Positions 60,960 to 64,000 of a DNA stretch of 64,000 bases are shown here, piece after piece (the stretch's first letter is position 1; every line of letters starts with the position of its first letter). A program made the position numbers and the translations under genes. The stretch is from Bilabrum cf. latius (Eukaryota), in NCBI GenBank assembly GCA_965178125.1, contig OZ237767.1, positions 310,001 to 374,000 of the forward strand. The letters run 5' to 3'. The notes below the pieces were generated by a model that saw nothing but the letters and a program-made list of their open reading frames with translations, made no database searches and was not told where the DNA came from.

Positions 60960-62082
60960 TTATCCTCTGGCTCCACCATTGTCCTGCTCCGTTCCCTTCC
61001 CACCTGCGCTCGATGAAGAACCCCCCAGCCATCCGCCCAGCCAGCTTCCAGCGGTAGTTTGGCCTTCCCCGGCACTAGTCGCTCCCCCAGCAGTGGCAGT
61101 GGCAGTGGCAGTGGCAGTGGCAGTGGCAGTGGCTCCACCTGCCGCCGCACCAGGGGGCACCCGAAGGCTAGGCTTGACCGAGTATTCGCTGCCGTGCGAT
61201 GCACCCTGCGGTCCTCCCACTGCACGTCTCCCACTCCCACCCCCTTGCCCTTGTTCCCTCGCCAAGGTCATGCTGTGTTCCCTCTCCGAAGGGGGGGGCA
61301 GCCTAAGGTACCTGCCCGATCGCTTCTTGACAGTGCGGACCATCTTGTAGTGGGCCTCGTCCGCCTTCTTTAGGTCCTTGGGCACCCCGTCTCCGTTGGC
61401 ATACGCGAGGGAGAGGTTGGCGCAAGCCCTCACGTCGTCCCCGTCGCAACCCTTCTGAAGCAGCTCCACCCCCTTGGTGGGGTCGCGGGGGAACCCCTCG
61501 CGGCCGGTCAGGTAGACGATGCCGAGCGCTGAGCAGGAATCTGCATAGTCGTGCTGGTAGCACGCGGTTTCCAGGGCGTACCTTGCTCGCTCTGGGTCCG
61601 GCTTTGTCTCTCCGCCGGCGCCCGACAGCAGGCTTGGTCCTACCATGTCACAGGCCTGGCCGTTGCCAGAACGGCATGACTGGTAAAACAGGTCCATCGC
61701 CTTGACTGTGTCTTTCGCGACACCCTTTCCTGTAGCTGCGGTGCAACAGGAAGGCTTTGGTAGGGGTGATGGAGCCGTGACGGAAGCAGCTGGCAGTGCA
61801 CAGCGCCACAACTGCAACCAGCTCACCATACAATGCCGCCAAGTTGAAGCAGCTGTTCTTATGACTGTGATTAGTGCATGCATCCTCGTAATAGTACCTA
61901 GCTTTTTCGAAGTCTTTGCGCATGAAGGCCCACCATTCGCCGAGAGAGTGGCACGAATCAACAAGCCCCTCGTCGCAGCCAAGACTAAACTCCGTAAACT
62001 TATCCTCGAATTGCCGCATAACCATTTTATCTAATTTCTCGGCATCTCGCTTTCGCCGCGCTGGGGTGGAGTGTAAGGGCAT
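60960..62082 (-). CDS. Sel1-repeat protein, COA7-like (343 aa)
   Basis: Cys-containing Sel1 repeats (GC...SCHSLG, AC...SCFNLA, GC...ACANL...GDGVPKD). Intron 61736-61826 joins two track ORFs; TAA stop. Confidence 0.85.
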
Positions 62083-62217
62083 GATTCGTGTGCTGATTGT
62101 AACTCAGTTGCACTTCCCGTGGATTTGGGGATACCCGGAAGAAACCAGCCGGCTCCTGTGAGTTCATTATTGATGTACGCTCTGATTAAACTATGCTAGT
62201 GGATACATAATTATTGA

Positions 62218-63135
62218 ATGGGCACTTCCACCGGGACTGGGCTCGTCGTTTTGTTCGTTGTTCTAGGCGCTGCTTGTTGTACCGGTGTGATTGCTGCCTG
62301 TGCGCGTTGCCGCGCAGTCTCATGGCTGTTCTAGGTACAATAGGTCTCTCAAGCTCGCGATGACAGTGATACGGAACAATTGATTGAATTGGAGGCAGGC
62401 AACCGGCGAGTGCGCCGCAGACAAGGGCGAGCAGCAGCGGATCCAGCAATCGACGAGCGCTGGCTTGCAGTGCCATCAGCAAAACTGAACGACGACACAG
62501 GCGCGGCTACCTAGCGTTCTGATACCAAACAGTAGCCTGTTCTCACGGCACGTGACCTGGAGCACGCCCCAGATGCAACCGGCATGTTTCTGCCGGCCCG
62601 CGAGGATTTTGACCGGCGCGGGCGTGCCATCTACGGCGATGCTTGGGACAGAGCAACCCCGGCCGGTCCAGGTGGCGAGCCCTCCGGGCTACCTCTGAAA
62701 GCCGTGTTTTCTATGCGCCCCTCCGCGATGCAGGACCTGCAAGCTAGAGCTAGGGCATAGGCCCGAGCACTTGCCTCCGAGAAGCGAGCACGCCGGATGC
62801 CAAAGCACGACAGCAATCAGGCTGCTGCCCGCGGTAGTGGCCGTAGTGGCCGTAGCAGACGCAGGAAGCGAGCACGTCCACCACTTCCGGCCGCTGGTCT
62901 TGTCATGAGCCCGCAATCAGCCGGTAAAGGTACTAAAACGAGCGAATCGATCGCTGCCAGTGCCAGTGAATCAAGCCGGGGGGCCAGTCCAAACCCAGCA
63001 CGAGGCGCACAGGTCAGTGGGGGCGAAAGCGGAGACGACGCAGACGTGTCCGGAGGCGATGGGATAGAAGAAGACTCGAGCGACGGCGGCGTAGACAGCA
63101 GCGATTTCGAGTGCGAGGTGGAACCCAAGTGGTGA
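62218..63135 (+). CDS. Hypothetical protein with N-terminal membrane anchor (305 aa)
   Basis: Frame open from ATG 62218 with TAG=Gln to TGA; hydrophobic LVVLFVVLGAACC N-terminus. Confidence 0.65.
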
Positions 63136-63303
63136 GGGGGGCCGCCCCCATAGTGGGGTAGAACCAAAGCGCTGTATCCTCTGTTGCATTTCCGTGCCCA
63201 TCCAAGCTCAGTCTACGTGCATGCGCATGAGCCGATGACCACGCATTGCTGCAATCTACCACTAGTGGCGGCAAAAATGTTACATATAGAAGGGCAGCCC
63301 GCG

Positions 63304-64000
63304 TCAAGTGCCGGCATCGTCCCCCCCTCGATCGGCGGGCCCTCCCTCCACGGCCGCTCCCTCATCGCGATTGCCTGTGTCAGAACGCCCAGCCGCTGCC
63401 ACCGCCCCACCACTACCGGAATTGCTGAGATCCTCCTCGTCCAGCGACACAGACCTTTGCCTGCCTCTCCTGCCCCTCCTCTTCACCTACCCCGCACCAA
63501 TGCCTTGACCTCCTGTTCCTACCCATCCCACTGGGGTCGGCTGCGGTGAGGGTGATGATGATGATGCTGGACCGCCGGCTGCACTCGTCACACGAATGCC
63601 CGGCCGGTCGCCCCTCGCAGCCGTGGACAGGGCCGCTGTTCCCCTTGTTCCCTAGCCGATCCCGTACCTGCCGTCGCTGACCGACCTAACCTCTGCCCCC
63701 GCCCCGGCTCCAGCCCATGAGTTGGCGCCGATGCGTGGGGGTAGCCCACGTACTGTACCCGTTGTGGCCTGCATGTGTGACGAGTGCGATGTCCCGCCCT
63801 CGTCCAGTCTCCTGACCCCCACCCTGGGGCTAGCCTCTGCCCACTCGTCATACCCGCTCGTCATACCAGTAGTACCGCTCGATGCCCGGCTGCCCCCAGT
63901 AAATCCGCCGCTTCTGCTCCTACGGAACGCGCTGTTGCCACCGCTGCCGCCAGTCGCTCTGCCGCTCAGCAGCACGGCAAAATGCAGAGCACCCTGCTGC
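63304..64000 (-). CDS. 3' part of a low-complexity Gly/Ser/Arg-rich protein (starts outside window)
   Basis: Track ORFs 63652..63975 and 63304..63486 share a frame joined by TAG; ends TGA. Confidence 0.55.

Noticed and set aside
12677-64000. Hundreds of overlapping or antisense track ORFs
   Set aside because: Shadow ORFs expected in GC-rich coding DNA; the true frames are identified by motifs and TAG continuity.

Overview
Eukaryotic (protist-type) genomic DNA in three parts. (1) 1-~12,529: the right portion of a strongly AT-rich endogenous DNA virus. It encodes a virophage-type major capsid protein, a protein-primed family B polymerase, a PrimPol/PriCT-2/UL9-like helicase, Tlr6F-like and zinc-finger proteins, and ends in a non-coding, palindrome-rich terminal region. 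(2) ~12,548-15,500: a 5'-truncated non-LTR retrotransposon on the minus strand whose 3' tail nearly abuts the viral end. (3) ~15,800-64,000: GC-rich, gene-dense host DNA with short GT-AG introns. Host genes include a giant FG-GAP/IPT/multi-TM receptor, a four-domain voltage-gated channel, RPS2, a Cys-rich type I membrane protein, two paralogues of unknown function, a GH50-like hydrolase, WDR4, CCDC130, a purple acid phosphatase and a COA7-like Sel1 protein. The supplied ORF track is fragmented because TAG is not a stop codon here. In-frame TAG occupies invariant Gln positions in host, retrotransposon and viral genes, while every complete gene I reconstructed ends in TAA or TGA. The most notable system is therefore an integrated virophage that fully uses an uncoupled UAG=Gln nuclear code. 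All CDS coordinates below use that code and were derived by hand; no database searches were run, and family names come from motif recognition.
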